Source of the DNA: Candidatus Collierbacteria bacterium RIFOXYD2_FULL_45_13
GTDB taxonomy: Bacteria; Patescibacteriota; Microgenomatia; UBA1400; MFAQ01
Direction of reading: 5' to 3'
DNA: 64,000 nucleotides
Assembly (NCBI GenBank): GCA_001774685.1
Contig: MFAS01000001.1
Coordinates: 1,025,252 to 1,089,251, forward strand
The position numbers were made by a program, and so were the translations under genes. The notes beneath the pieces are model-generated. The model saw nothing but the letters and a program-made list of their open reading frames with translations, was not told where the DNA came from and did no database searches. The stretch's first letter is position 1, and each line of letters opens with the position of its first letter. Shown piece by piece: positions 1-9,402 of the stretch.

Positions 1-1174
1 ACAACGCGGCCGGATCAAAACCTCCGGACAACGTTCTTCCTGAGGTTGGAATTGCCAAGTTGTAGGCACGGGCCAGACGGGTAATTGAGTCAAGCAAAAT
101 AACCACATCTTTCCCCATTTCGACCAAACGTTTCGCTCTTTCGAGGGCCATCTCGGCTACTCGGGTTTGCTCTTCGGCTTTTTCATCAAAGTTACTGGCC
201 GCTGTCTCACCAGGCATGGCACTATCTTTAGTCACAGCCAAAATATGCCTGCTAATATCGGTCACCTCCTCGGGGCGCTCTCCTACTAGCACCGCCATCA
301 AGTGTATTTCTGGATAATTTGTGGCTATTCCACTGGCAATTTCTTTAATTATTGTGGTCTTTCCGGCTTTGGGAGGAGACACAATCAAACCTCTCTGCCC
401 TCTCCCAATGGGAGCACACAGATCAATCAGTCGTGTCGATAATATTTCTTTGCCGGTTTCCAGTTTTAGCTTCTCAAATGGGTAAATAGGGGTGCCTTTT
501 TCAAATCTGAACCTGTCGAACATCTTCGACGGCTCCTCACCATTTACTTTAGTGATCTGGACCATTGTCCAGTATGGTTCAGTCTCCTTTGGCCTACGGG
601 CCAACCCAGTCACCACATCTCCGGCTCTAAGCTTGGACAATCGGCTAACCATCGAGGGGATCAAAACATCATCTTCACCCGAGCGGAATCCATGGCGCAG
701 GATTCCCCGTCCATCGGTTCCGGTCATCTCCAATATTCCGGAGACCTCCTCAGTAATTACCGGTTCCTGGGCCACTCTTTGGTATCCAGGACGCATTGGA
801 GCAAATCTGGGTTGAAATGGCACGCGCAGAGGCAAGGGAGCCCGTGTAAACGATCTTATAGGCTGAGGAACTACACCTGCCGATGGAGGTACCACATATG
901 GTTTTTTCTCACTACCACCACTCTCCTCTTTCGCCTCCTGGGCCACAACGTCACCGTTGTTTTTAGTTTCTTCCAGCGTCACGGCCTCGTTCTGGCTCTG
1001 TGTAGCCGTCGCTTCCGGCACTACAGCAGATTCTTGAGCTGGCTCCGGCGCCTCTTCAGGCGCAGAAACCACCTCCTTGGTTTTTGGAGCAATATCCAGT
1101 TCTTCGAGCTTGGGTATAACCTTCTTAACTTCGACTTTCGTCTTACTAACAACGGTCTTGGCTTTTGTGGCCAT
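1..1174 (-). CDS. rho: Transcription termination factor Rho (3' end runs off the window) with a low-complexity N-terminal extension
   Basis: Manual translation from ATG at 1174 (MATKAKTVV...) contains PIGRGQRGLIVSPPKAGKTT, ERPEEVTD and LDSITRLARAYNLAIPTSGRTLSGGFDPAAL. Confidence 0.96.
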   Translation of the reverse strand, partial: MATKAKTVVSKTKVEVKKVIPKLEELDIAPKTKEVVSAPEEAPEPAQESAVVPEATATQSQNEAVTLEETKNNGDVVAQEAKEESGGSEKKPYVVPPSAGVVPQPIRSFTRAPLPLRVPFQPRFAPMRPGYQRVAQEPVITEEVSGILEMTGTDGRGILRHGFRSGEDDVLIPSMVSRLSKLRAGDVVTGLARRPKETEPYWTMVQITKVNGEEPSKMFDRFRFEKGTPIYPFEKLKLETGKEILSTRLIDLCAPIGRGQRGLIVSPPKAGKTTIIKEIASGIATNYPEIHLMAVLVGERPEEVTDISRHILAVTKDSAMPGETAASNFDEKAEEQTRVAEMALERAKRLVEMGKDVVILLDSITRLARAYNLAIPTSGRTLSGGFDPAAL

Positions 1175-1245
1175 ATGGAAAATAAGGGGGGGTAATTGAT
1201 TAAATTAGGTGAAACAAAAAAGGTGAAATCTCATCCAACAAACTA

Positions 1246-1273
1246 ATTCTACATCTCATCCATCCTCTGTCAA
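1246..1273 (-). promoter_or_regulatory. sigma70-type promoter of rho
   Basis: TTGACA-N16-TAGAAT on the minus strand, about 70 nt upstream of the rho ATG. Confidence 0.65.
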
Positions 1274-1320
1274 GCCAATTATTGTGACTACGCTGTCTTA
1301 CCTCTTGGCAAAATGCCTAG

Positions 1321-1504
1321 TCAAGCCTCCTGTCTGGATAAATACGTAACGTATGTCCTCAGTATTCTGAGGATCTTTTAGAATCGACGGAAAGGGGGTT
1401 TAGTTTAACTTTTAAGCCAGCAAAGGGTGAAACGCGTAAGGCTTTAGCCGCAGCGCCGGTTTTAAAGTGGCACTGCAAACCAAACCCATTTCACCTTTGG
1501 CTGA
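1321..1504 (+). ncRNA. Candidate circularly permuted, degenerate tmRNA-like RNA
   Basis: A 14-bp helix (1323-1336/1388-1401, G-U pairs favour +) encloses T-arm-like and acceptor-like stems and a GAAUCGAC motif. A resume-like UUAAAGU^G precedes a short frame GTANQTHFTFG*. No G3-U70 pair or canonical T-loop. Confidence 0.3.
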
Positions 1505-1524
1505 CTCAAGAATATATCAAACTG
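1402..1524 (-). ncRNA. Candidate rod-like structured small RNA
   Basis: About 120-nt irregular hairpin with many G-U pairs on the minus strand, starting right after a consensus promoter. Confidence 0.45.
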
Positions 1525-1530
1525 ATGGGT

Positions 1531-1560
1531 AGTATAACACCTATGGCTATAGTTTGTCAA
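1531..1560 (-). promoter_or_regulatory. Strong sigma70-type promoter, no long ORF downstream
   Basis: TTGACA-N18-TATACT with an extended -10 TG. Confidence 0.7.
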
Positions 1561-1661
1561 GTCTACGCTATAGGTTCCACACACCACATCAATCTATCAA
1601 TCACCAACTCACCATCGGTTATTGAGCTCTTAGGTTCCTGAGTTCTTGATAGAATGGTCAT

Positions 1662-2321
1662 ATGTTCCCCAAAAAAAGGCTCTTCGTTTCTATCGGTATC
1701 ATGTTTTGGACTCTGACTCTCGTTTTCGCTGTTCTCCCCTCCTGGCCCCATCTCTATTACCGCCTCCAACCCCAAGCCTCGAGCCTACTTGCCTCTACAA
1801 TAGCCGACACTGCCACTCAGGCACAAGAAACGATTACCGAACCAAGAACAACCCCATCTCCCTCCCCAACGTCAGTGCCAACAACCAACAACCCTGAACT
1901 TCCACCAGTCGACCCCTCACTACCCGAAGAAAATGGCCTCATTATTGACAAAATCGGAGTACGAGGAGAGATTCACGATGGCGAAGATGTCGAAGCTATT
2001 CTCAGAACAGGCATCTGGCGTGTCCCTGACTTCGGTACTCCTCCGGAAAACCTTCAACCCATCATTCTCGCAGCCCACCGCTGGGGTTATCTAGAGTGGT
2101 CTGCTTCATTCCGTAAATTAAACTCTTTCTACCATCTTCCCCAGTTGAAAGTCGGCGATACTATCAAGGTCATTTGGGAACAACGTCAGTATGAATACAA
2201 AGTGTACTCGACAGAAACAGGCACCGCAATCACCGACTATAATGCGAAACTCGTGCTCTACACCTGCCAATTATGGAACTCACCGGTCCGCTTCTTTGTT
2301 TACGCAAATCGAAGTAATTAA
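1662..2321 (+). CDS. Sortase family protein
   Basis: N-terminal TM, Pro/Thr linker, ILAAHR, F..L..LKVGD.I, LYTC...R catalytic His/Cys/Arg. Confidence 0.88.
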   Translation: MFPKKRLFVSIGIMFWTLTLVFAVLPSWPHLYYRLQPQASSLLASTIADTATQAQETITEPRTTPSPSPTSVPTTNNPELPPVDPSLPEENGLIIDKIGVRGEIHDGEDVEAILRTGIWRVPDFGTPPENLQPIILAAHRWGYLEWSASFRKLNSFYHLPQLKVGDTIKVIWEQRQYEYKVYSTETGTAITDYNAKLVLYTCQLWNSPVRFFVYANRSN

Positions 2322-2351
2322 AACCCCTCTATTACGAGGGGTTTGTTTCCT

Positions 2352-3053
2352 TTATCTCCCAACCTTCTTCTCCAGCTTTTTTACTTCCCGCGCCGTATCG
2401 TCATCGATAACGGGCAAGACCTCTACATATCCAGGCTGAAGCATCAATTGCCGAGCTCGCTCACCGGGCGACAAGCTTTGCGTGCTTGCGTATGCCCCCA
2501 GCGCCTCCATAAACGGATCAGCTAACGCCGGGTCGTTGGTCGACGGGCCAGTAAAGGCCCCTCGAGTAGCCACAGCCGTCAACACCCTCCCGTCCGGATG
2601 CTGTACCCGCACGGTTACTTTGTCCTGCTTCCGGTGACTATACCCCTGCTTCATGCTATAAATCTTCACCGCCATCAGCCCGATCAAGACCAGTGCCACC
2701 ACATAGGAGATCGCGATCCAAAGACCATACTTCGGGTTTGTGAAGTAGAACACCAGAGCAATTACGGCCCCAGCCACAATCAGGCTGGCGGCAAACCCGC
2801 TCCATGTCTTACTAAAGTACAGCACCCCCATTGCCCCAAGGCCAATTGCTAACCAAAATAACAACGTTAGGCCATAGCTCGGGTTCACTACATAAAAAGC
2901 CAAGGCTGTTAGCAAGACGCTGATAAAGAAGCTCGCCCCCAATCCTGCCCATGAGGCTTTTGTCATTTTGAAAATAATCAGGGTAAAGACGACGATCAGC
3001 ACGCCAAACAAAAGCAGATATGTTTCTGGTCCACCACTTAGCAAGTTTTCCAT
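2352..3053 (-). CDS. Hypothetical membrane protein with an internally duplicated TM hairpin
   Basis: Five hydrophobic segments; SWAGLGAS...FYVVNPSYGL repeated as TWSGFAAS...FYFTNPKYGL; GGAGG SD. Confidence 0.8.
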   Translation of the reverse strand: MENLLSGGPETYLLLFGVLIVVFTLIIFKMTKASWAGLGASFFISVLLTALAFYVVNPSYGLTLLFWLAIGLGAMGVLYFSKTWSGFAASLIVAGAVIALVFYFTNPKYGLWIAISYVVALVLIGLMAVKIYSMKQGYSHRKQDKVTVRVQHPDGRVLTAVATRGAFTGPSTNDPALADPFMEALGAYASTQSLSPGERARQLMLQPGYVEVLPVIDDDTAREVKKLEKKVGR

Positions 3054-3189
3054 AGAACCTCCATTCCTCTCGGTTCGAATGTCAAAGGAAAATACTAGGC
3101 GTATTCTACTCTAAAGCCACTCATAGTCAATTTTGATCCCAGTAAGTATATAATCCAGTCCAGCAAGTACCCTAACTTTCGGAGGAATC

Positions 3190-3480
3190 ATGAAGTCTCC
3201 CTATTCTGACAGAATCAATCGTTTACGTAGAACCAGTGGGCTTTCCGGTTTAGCAACCCTGATCTTCAGTCTTATTACGGTTGGGCTGATTTTTCTCCCC
3301 GGAACGTACTTCCTTTTCGGGCTGATCCCCCTAATTATTTCCACGTTAATAGGCCTAAATGCCTCCTTCACAGCCGAAGTCTATGAAAGGCAAGAAATCG
3401 ACTGGAAGATAAATCAAAAGTTAGACGCTCTCAAAGCGTACTATCTTCAGGAAAAAGAAAGGATGAATCAGAAGGAATAG
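3190..3480 (+). CDS. Hypothetical 2-TM protein
   Basis: GGAGG SD, two TM segments, downstream terminator hairpin. Confidence 0.75.
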   Translation: MKSPYSDRINRLRRTSGLSGLATLIFSLITVGLIFLPGTYFLFGLIPLIISTLIGLNASFTAEVYERQEIDWKINQKLDALKAYYLQEKERMNQKE

Positions 3481-3572
3481 CCATACCAACACCCCTAACC
3501 GGGGTGTTTTTATAGTTTTGGCCAAAAGAAATCCCCAGCCTCGGTTTGAGGCTGGGGATTTTAATATGTGGC

Positions 3573-3809
3573 TTACGGCCACAAGGGAGCGGAGGTGGGG
3601 CTGGGAACAACAATAGGCGTGGCTGTGGAGGACCATTCCTCCGGACAATTCAGCCCGGCCAGTTGACAAGCTATTCCAAAATTCCCATCAGGGACATGTT
3701 CGTCGATACCAGGCTCGACAATACCACGATAAATGCCTCCAACGACCGCGAACACGATGATGAAAATCATCACCAGCAAGGCCAAAGTCGCGAACTTATA
3801 TTTACCCAA
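3573..3809 (-). CDS. Small membrane-anchored hypothetical protein
   Basis: TTG start after GGAGG; TTGACT-N17-TATACT promoter; N-terminal TM; terminator at 3528-3562. Confidence 0.65.
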   Translation of the reverse strand: MGKYKFATLALLVMIFIIVFAVVGGIYRGIVEPGIDEHVPDGNFGIACQLAGLNCPEEWSSTATPIVVPSPTSAPLWP

Positions 3810-3916
3810 TTTGCGCCTCCAAAAATTGAAAAGAATGTGTGGGCTATTACGCCCACGATAACCCATAGTATACCACACTATAGCTACAAAGTCAAATCAC
3901 CCGATCCTTCGGCTAG

Positions 3917-5749
3917 CTATCTCCCTCTTCCTATCAATCTCGACCACATACCAGATACTGCTTTACCTGCTCTTTTCATAAAGGCTGTCAAACCATTATC
4001 CTCAGTTGGATTTTCAGTGGCGGTTACCCCACCAAATCTCTCTGTGGCCTCATCCCTCAAAAATCCAACTAGACTACTCATCACAGCTAGGTTGCTCCTC
4101 GTCTCCTCCATCATCTGATTCATTCTAGTTTCTCCTGATACACGCGCACGGTTCAGTTCGTCCAGTTTTCTATCGCGATCAAGATTTACCTCCCTGGTTT
4201 CATTTCGAGCCCGATCTCTAATGGCTCTAATTTCCGGCTTCACTGGCTGATAGGCTTCTTCAATCATATCTACTGCTTCAAACCCAGTTGCTCCATTTTT
4301 GGCTTTAAAATTACCTTCAGCATCTAGTTCAAGATCTTCGTTATTTTCCAGTACTCTTGCCGTCACCGTATCTACGGACACACGTTTACGCTCAGATACT
4401 CCATCAATTTTCTTGTTTGCTTCATCATTTATTTCCTCAGCCCACTGTTTCGTAGCCTCTTCCAAAGAATCCATCGACTTAGCAGTCTCCACTACTACCG
4501 AAAACTCACTGAGTGCTATTACGTCAGCCACCTCATTAAGGCTCTTCAAAGCCTCAGCTCCACGTAATTCAACTGAGCTCATTTTTTCTGCAGCGCGATC
4601 GAGCATATCCCTGTCTTTTTCGATCAGTGCCTGCAGCTCACCAACTACTTTGACAACTTCTTTTGAATCATTCATCCGTACGTCTCTTTGTCTGCCGATT
4701 TCACTTTTTCTTTCTTCCAGCTGATGGACTTTTTCTTCGGCAGTCAACCTCACCGATTCTAATTCACCGAGCCGGACATTTCCTTGTTTAATTTTCTCTC
4801 CAAAGCCGGCAGTCTTTTTTTCTATACTGCTCTTGGCATCAGATAAAGAATTCACCATATCAGCTTCAGCCGCTTCCAATGCCTTCTTATTGTCCTGCTG
4901 AACGGCCACTTTATCTCTCTCCATCCTCTCACCAAAATTCTCCAGTCTTTTTTGCTGTAACTCCTCACCTTTGTGTGCACCTTCCAGCACCAATCCTGCC
5001 TGATATGTCACATCCAAACCGAGTACAGAAAGAGCCTTTCTCGCATTTTCATCCAAACTCTGGCCCGCTTCTATTTTTGACCTGTACTCAATTAACAACC
5101 TTTCTGCCTCAGCGATCTCTGGTTTATATTTTTCGCTCACCTCACTTAGCTTGTTATTCAAGTCCAAGGACAGACGACCTTTCTCCGCCGAGAATTCGTC
5201 TTCAATCACTCTTGTTTGTCTAGCCAACTTTGCTTCACCTAAGCTCAGTGATTGCTCCATAAAAAACACAGCACCGCTTTGTTGCATTATTTCTGACTGC
5301 ACTTTAGCCAAATCCTGTCTAGCTTGATCAAGATTCTTTTCTGCCAGTTTGTAGTTCTCCTCCAACTTCGCGGCCTCCTTCTGAATTTGTGGCACACTGC
5401 GTTCAACATCAGCCTTGAATGTCTCCCTCTGTTGAAGTCGTGCTCCCACGTTTTCCTGAAATCTGCCCATTCTATCAGCGTGAGAAATACTTAGCTTTGC
5501 CTCTGTCTTTATCCCATTTATATCTACCTGTCCTTGAGCAGCAATGGCGCTAGTCGCCTCAGCTGGGTTTGCAATTGCACCCATACCTTGTTCTGTTGTA
5601 ATGACTGGGGCGGTCGAAAATCCATCCGGGTGCAAAGTTAGTGCTTCCGCCATCGGTTCCGGTGCTACTCCTAGGGTAAATTCAGCTGCAAAGGGTGCAT
5701 CCCCGCCTTGATTACCGTCTTTATCTACTGGAGGATTCTGTGCTTCCAT
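3917..5749 (-). CDS. Long coiled-coil hypothetical protein
   Basis: 610-aa E/K/A/L-rich heptad sequence ending in an amphipathic basic helix. Confidence 0.85.
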   Translation of the reverse strand: MEAQNPPVDKDGNQGGDAPFAAEFTLGVAPEPMAEALTLHPDGFSTAPVITTEQGMGAIANPAEATSAIAAQGQVDINGIKTEAKLSISHADRMGRFQENVGARLQQRETFKADVERSVPQIQKEAAKLEENYKLAEKNLDQARQDLAKVQSEIMQQSGAVFFMEQSLSLGEAKLARQTRVIEDEFSAEKGRLSLDLNNKLSEVSEKYKPEIAEAERLLIEYRSKIEAGQSLDENARKALSVLGLDVTYQAGLVLEGAHKGEELQQKRLENFGERMERDKVAVQQDNKKALEAAEADMVNSLSDAKSSIEKKTAGFGEKIKQGNVRLGELESVRLTAEEKVHQLEERKSEIGRQRDVRMNDSKEVVKVVGELQALIEKDRDMLDRAAEKMSSVELRGAEALKSLNEVADVIALSEFSVVVETAKSMDSLEEATKQWAEEINDEANKKIDGVSERKRVSVDTVTARVLENNEDLELDAEGNFKAKNGATGFEAVDMIEEAYQPVKPEIRAIRDRARNETREVNLDRDRKLDELNRARVSGETRMNQMMEETRSNLAVMSSLVGFLRDEATERFGGVTATENPTEDNGLTAFMKRAGKAVSGMWSRLIGRGR

Positions 5750-5873
5750 ATATTTTCTATATATTAACTATCTTTCAGTATTCCACAAATAAATTCACAT
5801 ATCAATAGAAACGTCGTTATTGCTGTATCATACGTCTTAACGTTTTTAGCTCTTTAAATCTCTGGAGGTAATC

Positions 5874-6638
5874 ATGTTCTCTCGACTCACAAAGCAAGTA
5901 GTGCTTGTTCTGATCCTCACTCTGGTTGTTTTTCTAGTCCACCTATGGGCACAAAAACAAAGGCGAGCCACCCCCGAAACAGTTCTCCCGCCTACGCATA
6001 CCGCCACAACGTCACCGACACTCACCCCGTCTCCAGCTACATTCACGGCGATCCCTTCCTTAATACCGGCAACCAATACCCAACAACCAACAACTCCCTC
6101 TGTTCCCCAGTTCTACACCGTCCAAACTGGTCAAACTTTGGGGCAGATCGCCGCCATGTTCGGCTTGAACATCGAGGATTTGGCCTTAGCCAATCATATT
6201 ACAGACATCAATCTCATCTACGCCGGACAAGAACTCTACCTCGGCTCAGTGCCTATCATTGTTCCGGAGCCTTCGGTCTTTGTTGGCAAGCAAATTATCG
6301 TTATTCTCTCTACTCAGCGGGCTTACGCCTTCGAAGATGGTGTTCTCGCCCATATCGAGTTTATCGTCGCTACCGGTGTCACTGCCTATCCCACCGTCAC
6401 CGGCAACTATGAAATTTACATCAAACTGGAATCAACCCGTATGACCGGACCTGGCTACGACATCGCCAATGTTCCCTGGACTATGTACTTTTATCAAGGT
6501 TATGGCTTCCACGGCGCGCCCTGGAACCACAACCTAGGCACTCCGGGCAGTCACGGCTGTGTCAACATGAGCGTCGAAGACGCCGACTGGCTTTTCCACT
6601 GGGCCTCTGTTGGTACTCCAGTCACCATCTTCCCTTAA
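5874..6638 (+). CDS. LysM-containing L,D-transpeptidase (YkuD family)
   Basis: YTVQTGQTLGQIA...NLIYAGQEL LysM; GFHG...SHGCVNM catalytic motif. Confidence 0.93.
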   Translation: MFSRLTKQVVLVLILTLVVFLVHLWAQKQRRATPETVLPPTHTATTSPTLTPSPATFTAIPSLIPATNTQQPTTPSVPQFYTVQTGQTLGQIAAMFGLNIEDLALANHITDINLIYAGQELYLGSVPIIVPEPSVFVGKQIIVILSTQRAYAFEDGVLAHIEFIVATGVTAYPTVTGNYEIYIKLESTRMTGPGYDIANVPWTMYFYQGYGFHGAPWNHNLGTPGSHGCVNMSVEDADWLFHWASVGTPVTIFP

Positions 6639-6725
6639 CCCTCTCCCCGCCCCAGGCGGGGTTTTTCTTATTAATCTATCCCATATTAGTTGACAAACAA
6701 GCTATTGAGTGTTACACTACTCCTC

Positions 6726-7202
6726 ATGAAATCACTTTTGCCTATCATTCTCATTATTTTGGTTCTTACCGGAGCCATAACGTACTCGCTTTCCAAACGC
6801 AGCATCGCCAAACGTGAGGAAAACCGTTTTGGTATCGCGGCCAATCAGCTAGATTCAGGCTCAATTGTCACTCCTACAGCTACTCCAAAAATTACCCCTC
6901 TTATCACCCCCAAACCCTCGGTCACCCCTACTCCGTCCAAGGCCGTTGAAGGAATAATTTCTACCCTACCTACCGTAACCGAAAACAGCACTGGAACCAA
7001 AGGTGGCCAAGATACCTCTTCAGATCGGGTGGTCACCAAAATAACTAAAACTATCGTTTGTACCCCGGTTTACGGCCAAGCCAACACCTGTACCGAACAC
7101 ATTGTGGTTGATACTGGTGCTGCCGATGCCATCTTCTTTAACTTCGCTGGCCTATCTTACCTTGCCGGTCTAGCTTCATTCGTCCTCGCCAAACGAGCTT
7201 AA
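6726..7202 (+). CDS. Secreted Thr/Pro-rich protein with a C-terminal sorting-signal-like tail
   Basis: N-terminal signal/TM; ends VDTG + hydrophobic helix + KRA. The track's TTG start lies inside the promoter TTGACA-N17-TACACT. Confidence 0.75.
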   Translation: MKSLLPIILIILVLTGAITYSLSKRSIAKREENRFGIAANQLDSGSIVTPTATPKITPLITPKPSVTPTPSKAVEGIISTLPTVTENSTGTKGGQDTSSDRVVTKITKTIVCTPVYGQANTCTEHIVVDTGAADAIFFNFAGLSYLAGLASFVLAKRA

Positions 7203-7327
7203 CAATCGTCATTGAATCCTTCTCCTTGCCTTCTTAGGAAGGCAGGAAGTAGAATTCAATCTACGCACGCTGAAAAATTCCAATACCCCGTAATCGGGGA
7301 ACCCAAACCCAAAAGGAGAATTACTCA

Positions 7328-8308
7328 ATGGGCATTATATTCTGGATCGTTCTTGTTGTCTGGATCGTGGTCCTTCTGGGCTTACTGGCCTGGGTCTGGT
7401 TCGCCGACCGTAAGGTCCTCCCGATCATCGTACTTGCTTTGTTCCTGTTGGCATCCGCCGTCGTGGGCTACTTAAACTTTCCTAGTACCACCGCCGCCGA
7501 CTGTGTCTCGGACACCCTGGTGACCGAGCCTAAGGTCGACCAGATCGTCTACGACGATCTCTCAGACGGTGACCCGACCACCTGGACAGTCACCATCGTC
7601 AATCCGGCCAAGGCATCACTGTCATTGCGCCACACGGTGGTCATCGTCTCAGAAGCTGGACACAGCGTCGATGTTGTCTATTCCAAGATGATCTTCTCCA
7701 GCTACCGCCTCAGCGGTACCCGGGAGGAAGTCCTCTGCTTTATCGAGGCCATCCTCGGCGACAACAAGGTTGGGTTCAAAATCTGGAACAACGACACCAC
7801 CGATATTCCCCGAGGCTGGACCACTGTCGTGGAAACCAAGGGCTGGTGGGACGAAATGACCACCTGGAATTACGGTGATGAAGCCCACATCGACTCGGGC
7901 AAGCCCGTCGAGGGTTTCTGCGAGCCCACCAAGTCATGTGTCATTCTGCCGGCCAAAGACCACCTCATTCACGGCCAACTCTGGCTGGCCGGACACGAAG
8001 GTTATGCCGTCCACTTCCAAGTCGAAGGCGGCTACCGCATGACCGCTCCCATTGGCTGGCAGGGTTCCACCTGGGACTATGCCACTCTTCTGGACTCTCT
8101 CCAGGAGACCATCATGCAGGCCTCACGCTTCGCTGTCGAGCGCGATCACATTCTCGATGTGGTCGAGTACTTCTGCGGCGACCCCAGCCACCTGCCTGGA
8201 ACCGTGCTCGACGCCAGCTACCTTAACGATGATGGTCACACTGTGACCATCCACGCCACCTGGCATACCACCTCCGTTGGATTCACCTGCGAAAAGGTGA
8301 GCCCCTAA
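7328..8308 (+). CDS. Membrane-anchored hypothetical protein
   Basis: AGGAG SD, two N-terminal TMs, soluble domain, terminator at 8325-8354. Confidence 0.8.
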   Translation: MGIIFWIVLVVWIVVLLGLLAWVWFADRKVLPIIVLALFLLASAVVGYLNFPSTTAADCVSDTLVTEPKVDQIVYDDLSDGDPTTWTVTIVNPAKASLSLRHTVVIVSEAGHSVDVVYSKMIFSSYRLSGTREEVLCFIEAILGDNKVGFKIWNNDTTDIPRGWTTVVETKGWWDEMTTWNYGDEAHIDSGKPVEGFCEPTKSCVILPAKDHLIHGQLWLAGHEGYAVHFQVEGGYRMTAPIGWQGSTWDYATLLDSLQETIMQASRFAVERDHILDVVEYFCGDPSHLPGTVLDASYLNDDGHTVTIHATWHTTSVGFTCEKVSP

Positions 8309-8392
8309 TCTCCAGTTTCCTCTTCGCCCTCCCGCATTGCGGGGGGGCGTTTTTATTGACTTTCGAGCCAAACTGTGATATTATAGGGCTTC

Positions 8393-9316
8393 ATGAGATC
8401 GTCCCAAAATCATCCACTCATATCAGTCATCATCCCCGTTTACAATGGAAACGGCTATCTTCCTGCAGCTCTCCAAAGTATTCTGTCACAGACCTACAGA
8501 CATTTTGAAGTAATTGCTATCGACGACGGCTCCACCGATAATTCTTACGAGATTCTCCAGAGATTCGCCAAACTCGACTCCCGCGTTCGCGTTTTCCGAA
8601 ATTCCAAAAATCTTAACATTGCCCACACTCTTAACAGGGGAATTAGACTGGCCAAGGGACAGTTTATCGCCCGCATGGATGCCGACGATGTCTCCCTCCC
8701 TCACCGTCTAGCCAAACAAATTCATTATCTGAAACTCCATCCCGACGTGGTTATTGTAGGCGGCCAAGCCAAAACCATCGACATCGATGGTATGGCTCTC
8801 GGCCGCAAACTATTTCCCATATCCAATAAACAAATCAGAGAGGCGCTTTTCACCAGCAACCCCATCCAGCACCCAACTGCGATGATAAACAGATCCCTTT
8901 TACCCAAAAACTTCTCTTGGTACGATCCGTCGCTACCTCCTGCCGAAGATTATGACCTCTTTTTCCGATTAGGAAAATACGGTAACTATCACAATCTCTC
9001 CTGCTTTGTTCTTCAATACCGTCAGTATATTGGTTCAGCCACATTCAAAAATCCTATTAAAACTTTTAGTGCCACCAGACAAGTTCGACAGCGAGCTACT
9101 TCTAAATATGGCTATATACCTAGTTTTAGATCCAAACTGGTTCACGCTCTTCAGGTCGCCGCCGTCACCCTTCTTCCGGAATCACTTATATATCCTGCAT
9201 ATGTCTTGGCCAGGGGCATCCGTTCCCCACTCCAGCTATTGGCAGACTATTTGGCTGAGATGAGGTTCTTTCCAAACATTGAGCCAAAAGTGGAAGATTT
9301 GTCGTCTCGGGTTTAA
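8393..9316 (+). CDS. Glycosyltransferase family 2
   Basis: ISVIIPVYN, IDDGSTD, ARMDADD and AEDYDL motifs. Confidence 0.95.
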   Translation: MRSSQNHPLISVIIPVYNGNGYLPAALQSILSQTYRHFEVIAIDDGSTDNSYEILQRFAKLDSRVRVFRNSKNLNIAHTLNRGIRLAKGQFIARMDADDVSLPHRLAKQIHYLKLHPDVVIVGGQAKTIDIDGMALGRKLFPISNKQIREALFTSNPIQHPTAMINRSLLPKNFSWYDPSLPPAEDYDLFFRLGKYGNYHNLSCFVLQYRQYIGSATFKNPIKTFSATRQVRQRATSKYGYIPSFRSKLVHALQVAAVTLLPESLIYPAYVLARGIRSPLQLLADYLAEMRFFPNIEPKVEDLSSRV

Positions 9317-9402
9317 TCAGGTTGACTTACACCCTATAACGTGCTACAATTCTCTATCACTTTTCGTATCCTATTCAGCTCATTAAATATTTGGAGGTTA
9401 TC

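Noticed and set aside
492-1195. + strand ORFs 492-815 and 692-1195
   Set aside because: Antisense shadows of rho, which the track missed because it has no stop codon in the window.
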